A DNA stretch of 63,155 nt, the filler included, from Reticulomyxa filosa (lineage: Eukaryota; Protista; Foraminifera), in NCBI GenBank assembly GCA_000512085.1. It is 17 parts of 17 records of this genome, joined end to end, with 100 filler letters (N's around TTAATTAATTAA, not from the genome) between each part and the next. Parts side by side here need not be neighbours in the genome. Positions count along the whole stretch, not along the records: positions 24,166 to 26,852 come from ASPP01007861.1; positions 26,953 to 29,217 come from ASPP01003079.1; positions 29,318 to 30,317 come from ASPP01037567.1; positions 30,418 to 32,637 come from ASPP01018806.1; positions 32,738 to 38,019 come from ASPP01014584.1; 12 more parts are not named here. One strand, 5' to 3'. Shown here piece by piece: positions 24,205-36,370 of the stretch. Made by a program: the position numbers and the translations under genes. A model generated the notes under the pieces. That model made no database searches, was not told the DNA's origin, and was given only the letters and a program-made list of their open reading frames with translations. Within the stretch, counting starts at the first letter, position 1, and each line of letters opens with the position of its first letter.

Positions 24205-26241
24205 ATGCAGATAGGCGAAATAACGCGCGTTTCTTCGATTCGACATGACTTCCACTTGGGCGTAGGGTTCCCCAACTTTTGCCCTCAAGAAGAATTGGAA
24301 AGTGCAATGGCCGATGACGCAATGGAGTTCCGTGTGACACTCGAGACGTTTGCCAGCTGCTCACGTGTAAATGTACCTTTGCGCTCGTTTTGTATGCTGC
24401 CGCAGCAAAAACCCGAAGTGATGTTGTCGGCGTTGCTGGCAGACATGTACAAACTACGCTTACACTCTGATGTGGTTTTAGTTAAGTTGTAAGTTGGCTT
24501 TGCAATTTGTTGTTATCAAAACAAAACAAAAAAATTATATGTGCATATATACACATATTATATATATATATTTTTATATAAATGTATTGTATATATATAT
24601 GCATTGACCAAAAAAAAAAAAAAAAAAAGGTGTGTCAAGGCATTCGAATTGCAGTGCACAAGTGTGTTTTAGCACACGCGTCGCCAGTGTTCCGATCTAT
24701 GTTCAATCATAACATGCTTGAAAGTGTCACCAAAGAAGTGGATATGAACAGCTGGGACCCTCGCACAGTATCGGCAATGGTCGAGTTTTTGTATACGTGT
24801 CGTATCTCCAATCGCCAATCTAGTTTTATTATCTGTTTATATTTTTATGTCAACAATTATATATACATATATACATATATATGCATATATTGATTGTTGA
24901 CTGTACCCTTTTTTGTTTTGGAAACACGTGTGAGAAGCTGAAGCAAAGGCTGCAGACGGAGCTGCAACTGGCGCAATGATGTGGAATACGAATGGCGGTT
25001 TGGATGGTGATGATGACTTGTGGTCCTTGGATTTTAGTGTGACGTCTCTTAGTCCGTCACCAACCTTTGCTGTTGGCAAGTCGCCCGCTTTGAAAACGCC
25101 AGTCTCGCATTTGAGTACATTCAACTTTGGGTAGGTTTTTCTCTCATTAACAAAAAAAAAAATGGAGATGTCTTTTTTTTTTAATTTGATGACTCGTCAA
25201 AATAAGAGCAACACTTTTTTTTTTTATGTTGCGTATGTATGTGGTGTGTCCTCTCTCAAATGAAACGCGACAGTGAGAATGACGGAAAGATACGGGGATT
25301 AGATGAAGATGAGAAAAGCGAAGATCGAAATAACAAAAGTTTGCCAGACAATGAAACTGAAAACGAAGAACATGACAATGCAAATAGGGACAAAAAGAGC
25401 GGAGATGAGGAAGAAGATGACAATGAAGAAGAAGAAGACGATGAAGAGGAAGAAGAGGAAGAAGAGGAAGAAGAAGAAGAAATGGATAATGAAAGCGATA
25501 ATCACACAATAATAGATATGAGATATCGAAATGGCTTTCGTATACGTTCTGAGTTGAGTGAGAAGAAAATGCAAAGTGGCAGCAAGGTGGAAAAAAGTGG
25601 AGCCATTATGAATGAGCATCAGTGGGATATGAAAGCATTTCACTCCCAACAACGTGTTGCGCAAAACAGAGACAAGAAGAAACGTCAGACGGACGGAAAA
25701 ACATCTTTAAAAAATGAGTTTGCGACAAAATCGCGTCCAACTCCAACTTTGGGCCACACGACGCTGCTCTCTTCGAAACATGAAGAAATGGTGGTAACTA
25801 CAAAGGATGACCACGCACACGCACACGCACACGCACGTGCAAGTACCGATGGGACCAATCCTTTATGTCGACAAGAGCTGTTCGGCTTGTTTCAGTTGGC
25901 AGAATTTTATAAAATTCAATCGTTGGCAATTGCTTGTTGTGAAAAAATGTACGAAGAATTGACTACGCAAACTGCTTGCGATTTGTTGATGTTTTTTAAT
26001 AAGTATTCACATGTACAAGAAATTCATGCCATTGAAGTTATTTATTTATTTATTTTTTTTTTGTTTTGTTTGTTTATTTATTTTGTTTTATTTCATTTGT
26101 TTTGGTTTGTCTACTTAGGACTCGATTTGGAAATTTGTCGCTGCGAACATTCGCGAGGTTAAACGCAGCCAAGGCTATGAAAACTTGATTAAAAATTGTC
26201 CAATGATGTTGGAGCAATTGGTTGACAAGATGACTCTGTAA
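24205..26241 (+). CDS. SPOP-like BTB/POZ protein with a long acidic insertion; probably 5'-partial, multi-exon
   Basis: HSDVVL|VCQGIRIAVHKCVLAHASPVFRSMFNHNMLESVTKEVDM...VSAMVEFLYTCRI. The domain resumes about 1 kb later as ELFGLFQLAEFYKIQSLAIACCEKMYEELTTQTACDLL...FVAANIREVKRSQGYENLIKNCPMML. Stop at 26239-26241. Confidence 0.8.
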
Positions 26242-28339
26242 AAAAAAAAATAAAATAAATAACGCTCCTTTCAACAAAGGCAAAGTCAAATGTATCTCAC
26301 GGACAATTTCTCCATGTTTTTTGTTCACATAATTCACACGGTTGTATGTGTCACTGTGTTTGTGAACATTTGACTGTGGATGACTCTAGTTTTTTTTTGC
26401 TATTTTCTTTTTTTAAAAAAAAGAGGGGTGGGTAGCTTTTTGTTTCAAGGTATTTAATTTTTTTTTCTTGAATTGGCAAACTTTTTTGTTAGTTCTGGTG
26501 GCTTGGGGAAGTATTGCCTGACTGTATGTAATTTCTATCTTAATTTAAACGATTACTATGAAATCAAGAGAGATGACGTCCCGAAAGTATTGACATATAT
26601 ACTGCGCTTCAAAAAAAAATTAGTGATAGGGTTTTATAATCATTTAACTTATCCGATCAAGCAGTGTTCTCAAAAAGAAATTATGATCTGAACAATACCA
26701 AAAAAATTTATCGAAAAAATTTGAAACAACATTAAATATTTAAGTCCATAGTCTGGTTAATGCCAAAAGAATAAAGAAGAAAACAACTAAATAGTAAAAA
26801 ATTAAAATTCAAAGAAATTTTACACAAAAATGCAATTTCAATATACAGTAGANNNNNNNNNNNNNNNNNNNNNNNNNNNNNNNNNNNNNNNNNNNNTTAA
26901 TTAATTAANNNNNNNNNNNNNNNNNNNNNNNNNNNNNNNNNNNNNNNNNNNNCTCAGTCATATTTCGAAAGCAGTTAATCGCAATTTGAACTTAGGTTTA
27001 ACTTTGAATGATCGCAAACAACTCACAAAACAAGGAGATACAAATGACGAAGTTGAAGAATAAAGTAAAAAAAAAATGTTTTAGTAAAATTTTGTTTTGT
27101 TTTTTTAATGTTATTTTTTGATCTTTTCTTTTGTTGGTTTTGTTGGTTTTGTTTTTTTTGTAAGGTCTTTGCTGACCATTTTTCTTGGCATGGTCAACAA
27201 TTGGTGGGTATTGTTCTTTTCTTGTTTCAGTGGCCGCTCTTTTTCTTTCTTTGAGAAGCTAAGCTATTTGAATGTTGTCGAACAATCTTCAAAGGTATTT
27301 CATGCACGTATATAGAGATGTCTAAAAAAAAAGTCTCCTTTTTTATGCATAAGCCCAAAAAAACGTACAACTTTTATGTACTTCAGATATGTTCTCCATT
27401 TTAGAGCCATCCAAATTAAAAAGACAATACTTAAGGAGCTTCCATGCAAGAGAAAAAAAAGAAAAACGCCAGAACAAGTCAACAGGAGATTATTTAAGAA
27501 CAAATTTGCGAGAATAACAGTCAATAATCTACTCTTAAAAGACAGGAAATTGCAGAGAATGGCACTAAAAATTTACCAATTATGTGAAAATGTAAGTGCA
27601 TAATAGGATTTTTGAAAAGTGTCCTCCCTCTACGCTCTTTTTTCGAAACATATATGAAAATTGATCCATTAATTCTGTTAGATTTTTTCAACATTTAGTA
27701 TATTTGAAAGATTTGTCGAAGGCAGCACTTTCTTAAACGAATAACCACTCCTATTTTGAGACAATAATATTTTTTTAATCATTTATCACACAAACGAACA
27801 CTTTTATCATCTGATTCTGATAATATTGTATTTGCACCACCATAAATCACTCATTCATTTGACTTGTATTTTACACTTCTAATGCCATATATACACATAT
27901 AAACATTTGTAACAAACACTATCTTATAGAGAGTCTATGACAAATAGTATTTGCTAAAGTAAAAGCTGATTTGCACATGCGCAACTTTGTTGGTGACGAA
28001 GGACGACTTGGACGCATAGCTGCGTAATTCTCAGTACTGAGTACGCAAATACAGAACTCCAATGTAATTGTAGTTAAATCAAATTTTAGTTCATGACCAT
28101 TAAAACTAAAGATAACAAATAATAATTATACTGAATTATTTTAAACATATTAGAAACAAAATAATAACCTAAAAAAAGTTACAACTACTTAACAAATTTA
28201 TAAATAATTTGCAAATTATGTTTTAAAATTAAAAATAAATAACAAATTATGCGTTACTTCATTTAGCACAACATATAATTTACTTTCATTTTTTTTAATT
28301 TTAAAAATACAATCAATATATCATTTTATTACAAAAGGG

Positions 28340-28810
28340 ATCTTGATTTGCTATTGTTAGTTTTACTCATTTTGATATCTTTTTAAATCGACAATCACTT
28401 AACTTAGTTCAATTGCTCGTTGATGTTTCTTCAATAAATCTTCTTTTAAATGTTTCAGCTTCTCCTTTTTTGTAATTTGTGAATATTTTTGTTTGTAACT
28501 GCAATTGTGAATCTTTAACCACATTTTGCAATTCTTTGATATGTCCACTCAATTGATTTGTAATTCCATATTAATATTTTGTTTGTTTTGAATCAAATTG
28601 CATGATTTATCCAAATGATCTTTCACTTTTCATTTGAAATAGCAATTATTTTTTGAATTTGAATTTAATCCATTTCATTGCTCTACTTCTGATTTTATCC
28701 ATTCATTTAATTGTTCTTTTTTCAATTCAAATTGCTAATGACAAATTACTAATAATTCAAACACCGATTTTCTCACAGTTTTATTTTGGGAAAATTCGCA
28801 ATGATCGCAA
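28340..28810 (-). pseudogene. Decayed TRAF-type zinc-finger/coiled-coil gene fragment
   Basis: CDHCEFSQNKTVRKSVFELLVICH*QFELKKEQLNE...CYFK*KVKDHLDKSC, followed by coiled-coil-like sequence with stops. This is the L.V.C...C...HL...C pattern that follows a TRAF RING. Confidence 0.5.
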
Positions 28811-30520
28811 AAGTCAAAAATATATATAATTTGACTAGTAAGCAAAAGTTATGATTTTTTTATGATAAGGTTACAATATTAATTTTATCACACAATAGAT
28901 AATTATAGTCGACAAGACTATTGCATGAGATTTAACAAAAAAGTTGTTGATTATAATAAAGCCGATGATTACACTGACGAAAGCTAATTAACTTTGATAA
29001 AAAAATATTCAGTTGTAAACAGAATAATTACATATTTATTTGATTATAACTATTTAATATCTTCATCACCAAATTAATTAAAACATTTCATGAACACAAA
29101 GAATGTGTTTAGAGTATTGATTTTTTGATTTTTTATTTGTACCATTTTTTTTTGTAAAGCCTCCTCTCTTTGCAAAAAAAAAAACTTTGAGTAATAATAA
29201 AGCTATAAAAAAAAAAANNNNNNNNNNNNNNNNNNNNNNNNNNNNNNNNNNNNNNNNNNNNTTAATTAATTAANNNNNNNNNNNNNNNNNNNNNNNNNNN
29301 NNNNNNNNNNNNNNNNNAAGCTTTTTAGCTGAAACTTTTTCTTGTTTTATTTGAGAATTTTTCTTTTTTAATAATTTCAATTTTTGAAAAAGAGAAAAAG
29401 GTCGCCGCTTAACGGCAATATGTTCAATTTCAGCATTCTTCATATATTTGATCCAGGTACCAGAAAACGTAGATGAAACTCTTTTGACGTGAGATTGTTA
29501 GATGTTCTTGTATATTGTGATAAAAATTAAAGTGAAAATTCAATCTTGTTTCGTTCGAACGAAAGACCGTAAGTATAGAAGCAGCAAATAATCAAATGGC
29601 TTGATAGTTTGCAATTGTTAAAAAGATTTGTTTTACAATCGTGCAAACTATAATATAGTTAAAGTTAGCAATGGAATAACACTTTTTCATTTGCCTGAAA
29701 ATTAAGTTAAACCAATGAGTCAATTGACACTAGCTTTGCATAAATGAAAAATCATAATAATACAGAAACTTGTTATGCATTATTAACACAACAATTTTGT
29801 AATATTGGTGATCGATATATTTGGATTTCTGTTGAATTTCCACTTAAGAACTTGGACGCAAATAACAGCTAAAAGGGCCCAAAGACAAACAAAAATCATA
29901 CTTTGATGACGCATGGACATATCATATTCAAGCTTTTTGTATTATGGCATAAGCAACGGTACTGTCATATTTGTGGTTGGTTTTTCTATATCGTCAACAT
30001 AAAAAGTTTTCGAAAGAAAGAAAGTTTATATTAAAGTGGCAATTATCTTTTGATCTTTTTTTTCTTTTTCTTCACCGTGATTTGGAAAAGAAAATGTTCC
30101 TAAAAAACAACTTTTTTTCTTACCAAGAAAAAAACTCTACATAATAAAAACCTTTTTGCGAAATTATTAACAAAAAGAAAAATGAGCAAATCTGAGGAAA
30201 AACGAACTGCTGAAACAAGTTTTGTTTGTTTCAAAGAAAAATAATTTGTAAAGTTTGTTTTTTTTTGGAACGCAAAAAATTGAAAATTTTTGAAGAAATT
30301 GCATTATTGTGTATTATNNNNNNNNNNNNNNNNNNNNNNNNNNNNNNNNNNNNNNNNNNNNTTAATTAATTAANNNNNNNNNNNNNNNNNNNNNNNNNNN
30401 NNNNNNNNNNNNNNNNNTTTTTTTTTTTTTTTTTTTTTTTTTTTTTGTGTTTCTAAAAAAAAAAAATTCGATGAATCAATCAAAACAAATAAACAAATTT
30501 CTGCATGGGGAAAAACTTAG

Positions 30521-31162
30521 TCAACGTTTAATGAGATGATCCATGAAATTCGAGACGGACGCCAAATGTCAAGAATTCACTTTGTTTGGGTAATTCGTGA
30601 CATGGATATGGTCGATCAATTTGCGTCGCAACACTGGAGCGCGATCCCTTTCGAAGACCCCGAAAAAAAGACCAACAGCAAGCAGTATCATGAGCGTGCA
30701 ATGTCCCATGCAAGTTCCCGTTTGCCACCTAGCTTTAGTCCTGATTTCTTTTTAGTCCAACCTACCTATCACCGATCTGTTTTTGAAGAAAACAAGTGCA
30801 ACGTTATCACTCATTTTTATCTCACCCAAGTTAAAGAAGTAAAAAACAATCCTTGCAACAACAATACCCATTCTTGAAATTCGGCCGGCCAAATGTTGAG
30901 GAAATCTTGAAAGAGGCTAAAGATGCGTATCTTGAGACTCAAGGACCCGCTGCAAGATGTACCTGTTAGTGACGTTTTTTTTATTTTTTTTTTGAAACTT
31001 TGGTGTATATAATTTTGCTGTCATTTACATTTTCTGTTACTTATAGCGTCAGTGTACGGGGTTGCTGTTTTATGTTGTGGTCCGGCGCCTTTAGTGGAAG
31101 AAGTGAGACTTTATGGAACTCAATATGGATTTGCTGTGCACACTGAAGTCTTCGAATTTTAA
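30521..31162 (+). CDS. Ferric reductase/NADPH oxidase family, C-terminal NADPH-binding domain; 5'-partial
   Basis: RIHFVWVIRD...THFYLTQ...(one A short at 30841-30846) LKFGRPNVEEIL...|VAVLCCGPAPLVEEVR...VHTEVFEF*. These are the W..R, GRP, CGP and H.E.F motifs. Confidence 0.85.
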
Positions 31163-31653
31163 AAAAAAAATATCACTGTGCAATATATCGCTATTTTTTT
31201 CTCTTTTCTTAATATTGAATTGTATGTTTTTCCCTCAAAGAGTCATACATAAATGCAACATAATTTTTTGATATTGTGTTAGCCCTGAATGTGGTTACCA
31301 CTTGTGTTTGACGCAAACATTTGTTTTCCTTATTTTGTGAAATAAAGACTATATTTCAATTGATATGGACAATGTTTATGGCAATGGAATCAAAAACAGT
31401 ACTTGCGGAAAGTGCGAGAGCAAAGGTCGTACAAAACACTCTTTTTTAATTTTTTGAACAGTTATAACTGATATGCTTTTATGTAAGTGATTTGATTCTC
31501 AATCGAGTTTGGAACCAGTTTATTCCAATTAACACACTTTCTTGCGCATCAAAAAATAAAGCATTTCATTTTTTATGTTTTTTAAATTTTCAATTAAATT
31601 GACCATAAAGAAAAAAAAGAACGGAGGAAAGAGTGAGAAAAACAAACAAAAAT

Positions 31654-32637
31654 TTACAAAATTTTTTCAACATCTTGGTGCCATTGATCATATTTCATCG
31701 CGCTTGGGAAAGCATTTTTTTGACAGTATTCATATTCTTGGTACGTAGTGGACAGTAAATGACAAACAGTGCCATTTCTATCCAATTGCGGAGCGGGCAC
31801 ATATCCACCCTTGTAGTTGACTTGAAAGCTTTCCCATAATTGATCATTGTAAGCCAGTTCCATGGACAAGTCCATTATGTCACTTGGATCGAGGCTGTTC
31901 AAATTATAGTTGCGCTTCATGGAATACCCCATTTCCCAGACAGGAGTTTTCAGTTCGTTGGATCGTGTCAAATTAAACCAGTATTGTTTGAAGTCGATTA
32001 CCTTGAGTGTAGCACGATCGTAGGAAAAGAAACGGAACATTGGATTTGTGCCTTGTCCGTCACATACATGACACAAACATAACATTTAACATCAACTAAG
32101 ACTCCACAACCAACCAAAAAAAAACAACAACAAAGTTTCTGTGTGTCATCCGGCAATCATAACATACCTCCATACGGCGTTACAGCGCCTATGTAAAAAC
32201 AAACAAAGACAAGCAAAATGTGATCTATGTCCGTGTTTCATGAGCTTCAGAAAAATATGACACCGGTACTGAAACAACCCAAACATACCTGCATTGAACA
32301 AAACCGCAAATGGTTTGCTGAATGAATCGGAATTATCATCTGCGGAGCTAACATTTGGTGGAAAGCTTCCCAATACTTGCCACTCGTCGCAATGCTGTGC
32401 ACAAGATATATTTGAACAGACGCTCCGTCCATTTTTTTAAAAAAAAAACAAACAAACAAAAAAAAAACTCTTACCGTGTGCCCCACAAACACGTTTGCAA
32501 CAACGTCAGGGAACTGTCGAATGACATCATAGTACTGCACTTGTTGTTCATTCAACATTGAAGAATAAGGATATGTTGGATGATCCAAACCGTTTCATTT
32601 AAATTTCGTGCTTGATTCAGTATGTCATTTAACCAAC
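31654..32637 (-). CDS. Acid sphingomyelinase-like metallophosphoesterase (SMPD1/SMPDL3 family), C-terminal part
   Basis: YYDVIRQFPDVVANVFVGHT... and NPMFRFFSYDRATLKVIDFKQYWFNLTRSN...WEMGYSMKRNYNLNSLDP match the GHTH and NP.FR.Y...D..QY..NL..AN..W..EY...Y.L motifs. Confidence 0.8.
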
Positions 32638-32737
32638 NNNNNNNNNNNNNNNNNNNNNNNNNNNNNNNNNNNNNNNNNNNNTTAATTAATTAANNNNNNN
32701 NNNNNNNNNNNNNNNNNNNNNNNNNNNNNNNNNNNNN

Positions 32738-32900
32738 CGACAGTATCACCCACGATATCACCGACAGTATCACCAACAGCAAAACCGACAGTATCACTAA
32801 CAGCAAAACCGACAGTATCACCAACAGCAAAACCGACAGTATCACCAACAGCAAAACCGACAGTACCACCCACGATATCACCGACAGCACCCACGGTATC
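32738..32900 (+). repeat. 24-bp coding minisatellite (CCGACAGTATCACCAACAGCAAAA), about 6-7 copies
   Basis: Head-to-tail units are directly visible, with a variant ending CCCACGATATCA. The array is truncated by the contig end. Confidence 0.95.
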
Positions 32901-33667
32901 GGCAAAAATACCACCAACACCTAAAGGAGCCGTCCTGACGGCTAAAAATCAATACGCTGTCCAAGTCAAAATTCCGAGTTTGCAGACATTGGAGGGGACT
33001 CGCAATATGCGAGTACGCATTTCCGGATTGTTCAAGGACGTCAACCAAACATATGTAAACATGACCTTTTTCACCGTTCTGGGAGTCCCTCGTCTCTTCA
33101 ATCCTATTTTGTTTTATGGTACGTATACATATATATACATATATATATATATATATGTATATGTATGTATATATGTATACGTATGTAATGTATTTGTGTT
33201 TGGAAAGATAATTCCAGTGTAGCCTTGTCTTTGAGTAAAACGAGCATCACATTTGCAGAGCCAGTGTCGATGAAAGTGACTGTGGGCAATCTGAGTATTC
33301 CTTTGATTGTTGGACTTGAGCCATTATCATCATCATTATCATCATCATCATCGTCATTTATTTCACTTGGGTGTTATCCATCGTATGCGGCGTCGCAATA
33401 CAACACCTTTGGCTGGCTGTCCAATTCCTACTTTTTGATATTGGACGGCAGTTACTCCATTGGCGTGTACTGGGTTTCCCCAGATGCCGATAGGCACAAT
33501 TGGTCCATGTACGCCTTGACAGGGGACTTTCCATCTTCTCTGTCCTTTATCGTCGATGTCTTTACCGACTATGACAATAATAATAATACTCTTTCTTTGT
33601 CCACTGACAATTCTTTTGTCGTTACCAATGCCGCAACAGTTGCACTATTTACACACATATGTATACG

Positions 33668-33699
<32 letters not shown>

Positions 33700-33744
33700 T
33701 GTACATGCATGTACGTATATGCATACGTTGAGCATTAGTTTTAT

Positions 33745-33779
<35 letters not shown>

Positions 33780-34223
33780 CAAGTACAGACGCAATTGAAG
33801 TTGGGAGAGGTAACCACGTTATATATAACGACGGCGTTCAACACAAGTACTTTGATGTCGTGTGCAATTGTGCAAGAGCGAGACGGAAAAACAGTGTACA
33901 ACTCGTCGATCACGTATTTTGAATACGACTCTGCTGCTACGTCGAACCAGCTCTCCATATTGGTGCCGGACGACTTGAGCACTGAAGACGATGTGAAAAC
34001 GTTCATTATGTTCACTGCATACGATTGCAGCGACTCGGATAAACTCTCCACCAAGGTCGAACTCCAATTCGCTGTTAGCAAAAGTAGCAGCACTTCTGCT
34101 AACGTTATTGTCATCAGCTTGTTCGCTGTTGCGGTGGTAGGGGCTGTTGTATCGTTTATTGTGTGGTGGTGGTGCAAATGCACAAAGTCCAGAGGAGACT
34201 ATACTGCCATTCATAACAAATAA
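32738..34223 (+). CDS. Type I membrane protein with Pro/Thr (PT) repeat stalk; 5'-partial
   Basis: PTVSPTAK repeats are followed by beta-rich exons separated by (TA)n introns, then the TM segment VIVISLFAVAVVGAVVSFIVWWWC and a short tail KCTKSRGDYTAIHNK*. Confidence 0.7.
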
Positions 34224-34946
34224 AGTTTTTAGTTTATCGGTTACAAATTTTACTTCACTAATTTTCAAACAAATTCCACTTCAATAAAACTTTTTTTTTT
34301 TTTTTGTACTCGTGATATAACTGCTTTCCTCATAGACGCAGTAATAACAAAAAATATATATATATATATCACACGGTGTCATCTTGTTTTCATTGCTTTT
34401 AATAAACAGCTGCAACACGATCTTTTATTTGCATTTCATTTTAAATAGCTCTATTTTGAAGAGATGCTGTTTGCAACCATTACAAAAAACGTGCAAAAAT
34501 AAGAGAGTTAACAATGTTTCAAACTGGTAAATAGCTTAAAACAAAAAGCATTGATCAACAATATTTAAAAAACTACATTTAAACTGTTCTTTTTAGACAT
34601 TATTAACAAAGCTTGACAAATTTGATTAATATTAAAAAAAAGCTAATGTCAACTTTTACCTTCAAAAGGTAATGAGCAATTTAGAAGAAAACATTTTTAA
34701 CATGTTTGATAACGATCCACCATAAGCATTATCTACACAGTCGTTTTTTTTCCTAGTAAAAATGTATACCTAAATCAAGGTGCAACAAAAAATAAATTAA
34801 AAAAACACTATTGAATTCTGTTTTTCACATTAGCAGAGCGTTTTTGGCAGCCCCCTTTCATTGTTATGAAAAAAAAAATCAAACATTTTACATTTTTGCA
34901 TCATCAAAGATAATCACAAACAAAAAAAGCAAAAGAAGTCAAAAGA

Positions 34947-36370
34947 ATGACAACTTTTGGTAATGAAAAACAAACTTCAGCTCAACAAGCATTTGTAAGC
35001 TTTATTCCACACCTTCAGAAAGTATTATCTTTGCGTTTTTATTGTACTTATTATTTATTGTGTGTGATTTGAATTGAAAAAGTCAGAAGAAGAAGAAGAT
35101 ATCCAAATAATTATTCAACATTGGCTTCGAACATTAAATATTAAATTGGGATGGATCCATGATTTTAACAAACTCGTTGTCAATTATGTTATGTTTTTTC
35201 TATCAATTTGTTTTATTCAAATGACAACCAATATATTCAATAGTCTATTTATTGTTATGATAATCTATGATCACAATAATACAGGCAGCAGTCCCCATGC
35301 TTGATACATTTCGTTCATTTTCTAAATTAACCACAACACTCAATGGACACACGAGTGGATTGTACAGTATTGATTATTCAACATTTGATGATAACCAATT
35401 AATTTGTTCTGCATCAGCTGATAATACAGTTCGTGTATGGGATATTGAGACCAACGAACAAATTCGATCATTCAATGGACACTCAAAGTGGGTTTTTTGT
35501 GTGAAATTTTCGCAATATCATTATCATAACAATAATCAAAATGTCGTTTGTTCTTCATCCGATGACAAAACCATTCGCTTTTGGGATATCAAAGAAAACA
35601 GTCAATTACAAATATTCAATGGAACTTATGGTGTTTGTGGTATTGAATTTTCACCATTTAATGGTGGTCGATATTTGTGTTCTGGATCTCGTGACAGTAG
35701 TATTTGTTTATGGGATGTTGAAACATCCAAATCATTACATGTTTTCAATGGACATACAAGTAGTGTTTGGTGTATAGATATTTCGTCATTGCAAAGTAAT
35801 AACAGTAATGAAAGTAATAATGTTGGTGTAATTGGCGGTAATGGATATACAATTTGTTCTGGATCTTTTGATAATACTATTCGCATATGGGACATTGAAA
35901 CAACCAAATCATTGATTGTGTTTGAAGGACATGAACATTTTTTGAAGAGTATAAAATATGGATCAAATGAACTAGGAACTAATGGTGGTGCAAATACGAT
36001 ATTATCTGGATCAAATGACAAAAGCGTTCGTTTGTGGGATATTCGATCTGGTAGACAAATCCAAATGTTCAAAAAACATAAAAACACAGTTTATGCTGTT
36101 GAATATTCACCATTCATATCAAAGAATATCGAAGTTGGTGATAGTTCAAATGTGATATGTTCTGGATCAAGTGATAATACAATTCGATTTTGGGATATTC
36201 GATCAAATAAGAATGAATTGTATTTGATTGATGGAGGAAAAAATGAAGAGAATGGAATAAGATGTTTTAAATTCCTAAAATTAAAAGATAGCAAAAAAAG
36301 CAATAATAATCGTAGTTGTGGTATTAGTTTGTGTTATGGTTCAAATTCTCAAATTTGTATTTGGAGATAA
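34947..36370 (+). CDS. WD40-repeat protein with short helical N-terminal leader
   Basis: Exon 1 is MTTFGNEKQTSAQQAF and exon 2 contains IQIIIQHWLRTLNIKLGWIHDFNKLVVNY. The last exon has about six clear GH...V..I..S...ICSGS.D.TIR.WD repeats. Confidence 0.92.

Noticed and set aside
27948-28027. Short frame ending ...GRLGRIAA* followed by small palindromes as a tmRNA tag
   Set aside because: The context is eukaryotic with no tRNA-like ends; it is more likely a stray decayed exon.
26953-30317. Intact genes in the two very AT-rich contigs
   Set aside because: Only short stop-ridden frames are present; apart from the TRAF-like remnant nothing could be supported.
32738-32900. 24-bp repeats as a CRISPR array
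   Set aside because: The units are head-to-tail with no unique spacers and encode an in-frame PTVSPTAK stalk.
33556-33922. ORFs rich in YIYIYI, FFFF or KKKK as real proteins
   Set aside because: They are read-through of intronic (TA)n and homopolymer tracts, or antisense to real exons.
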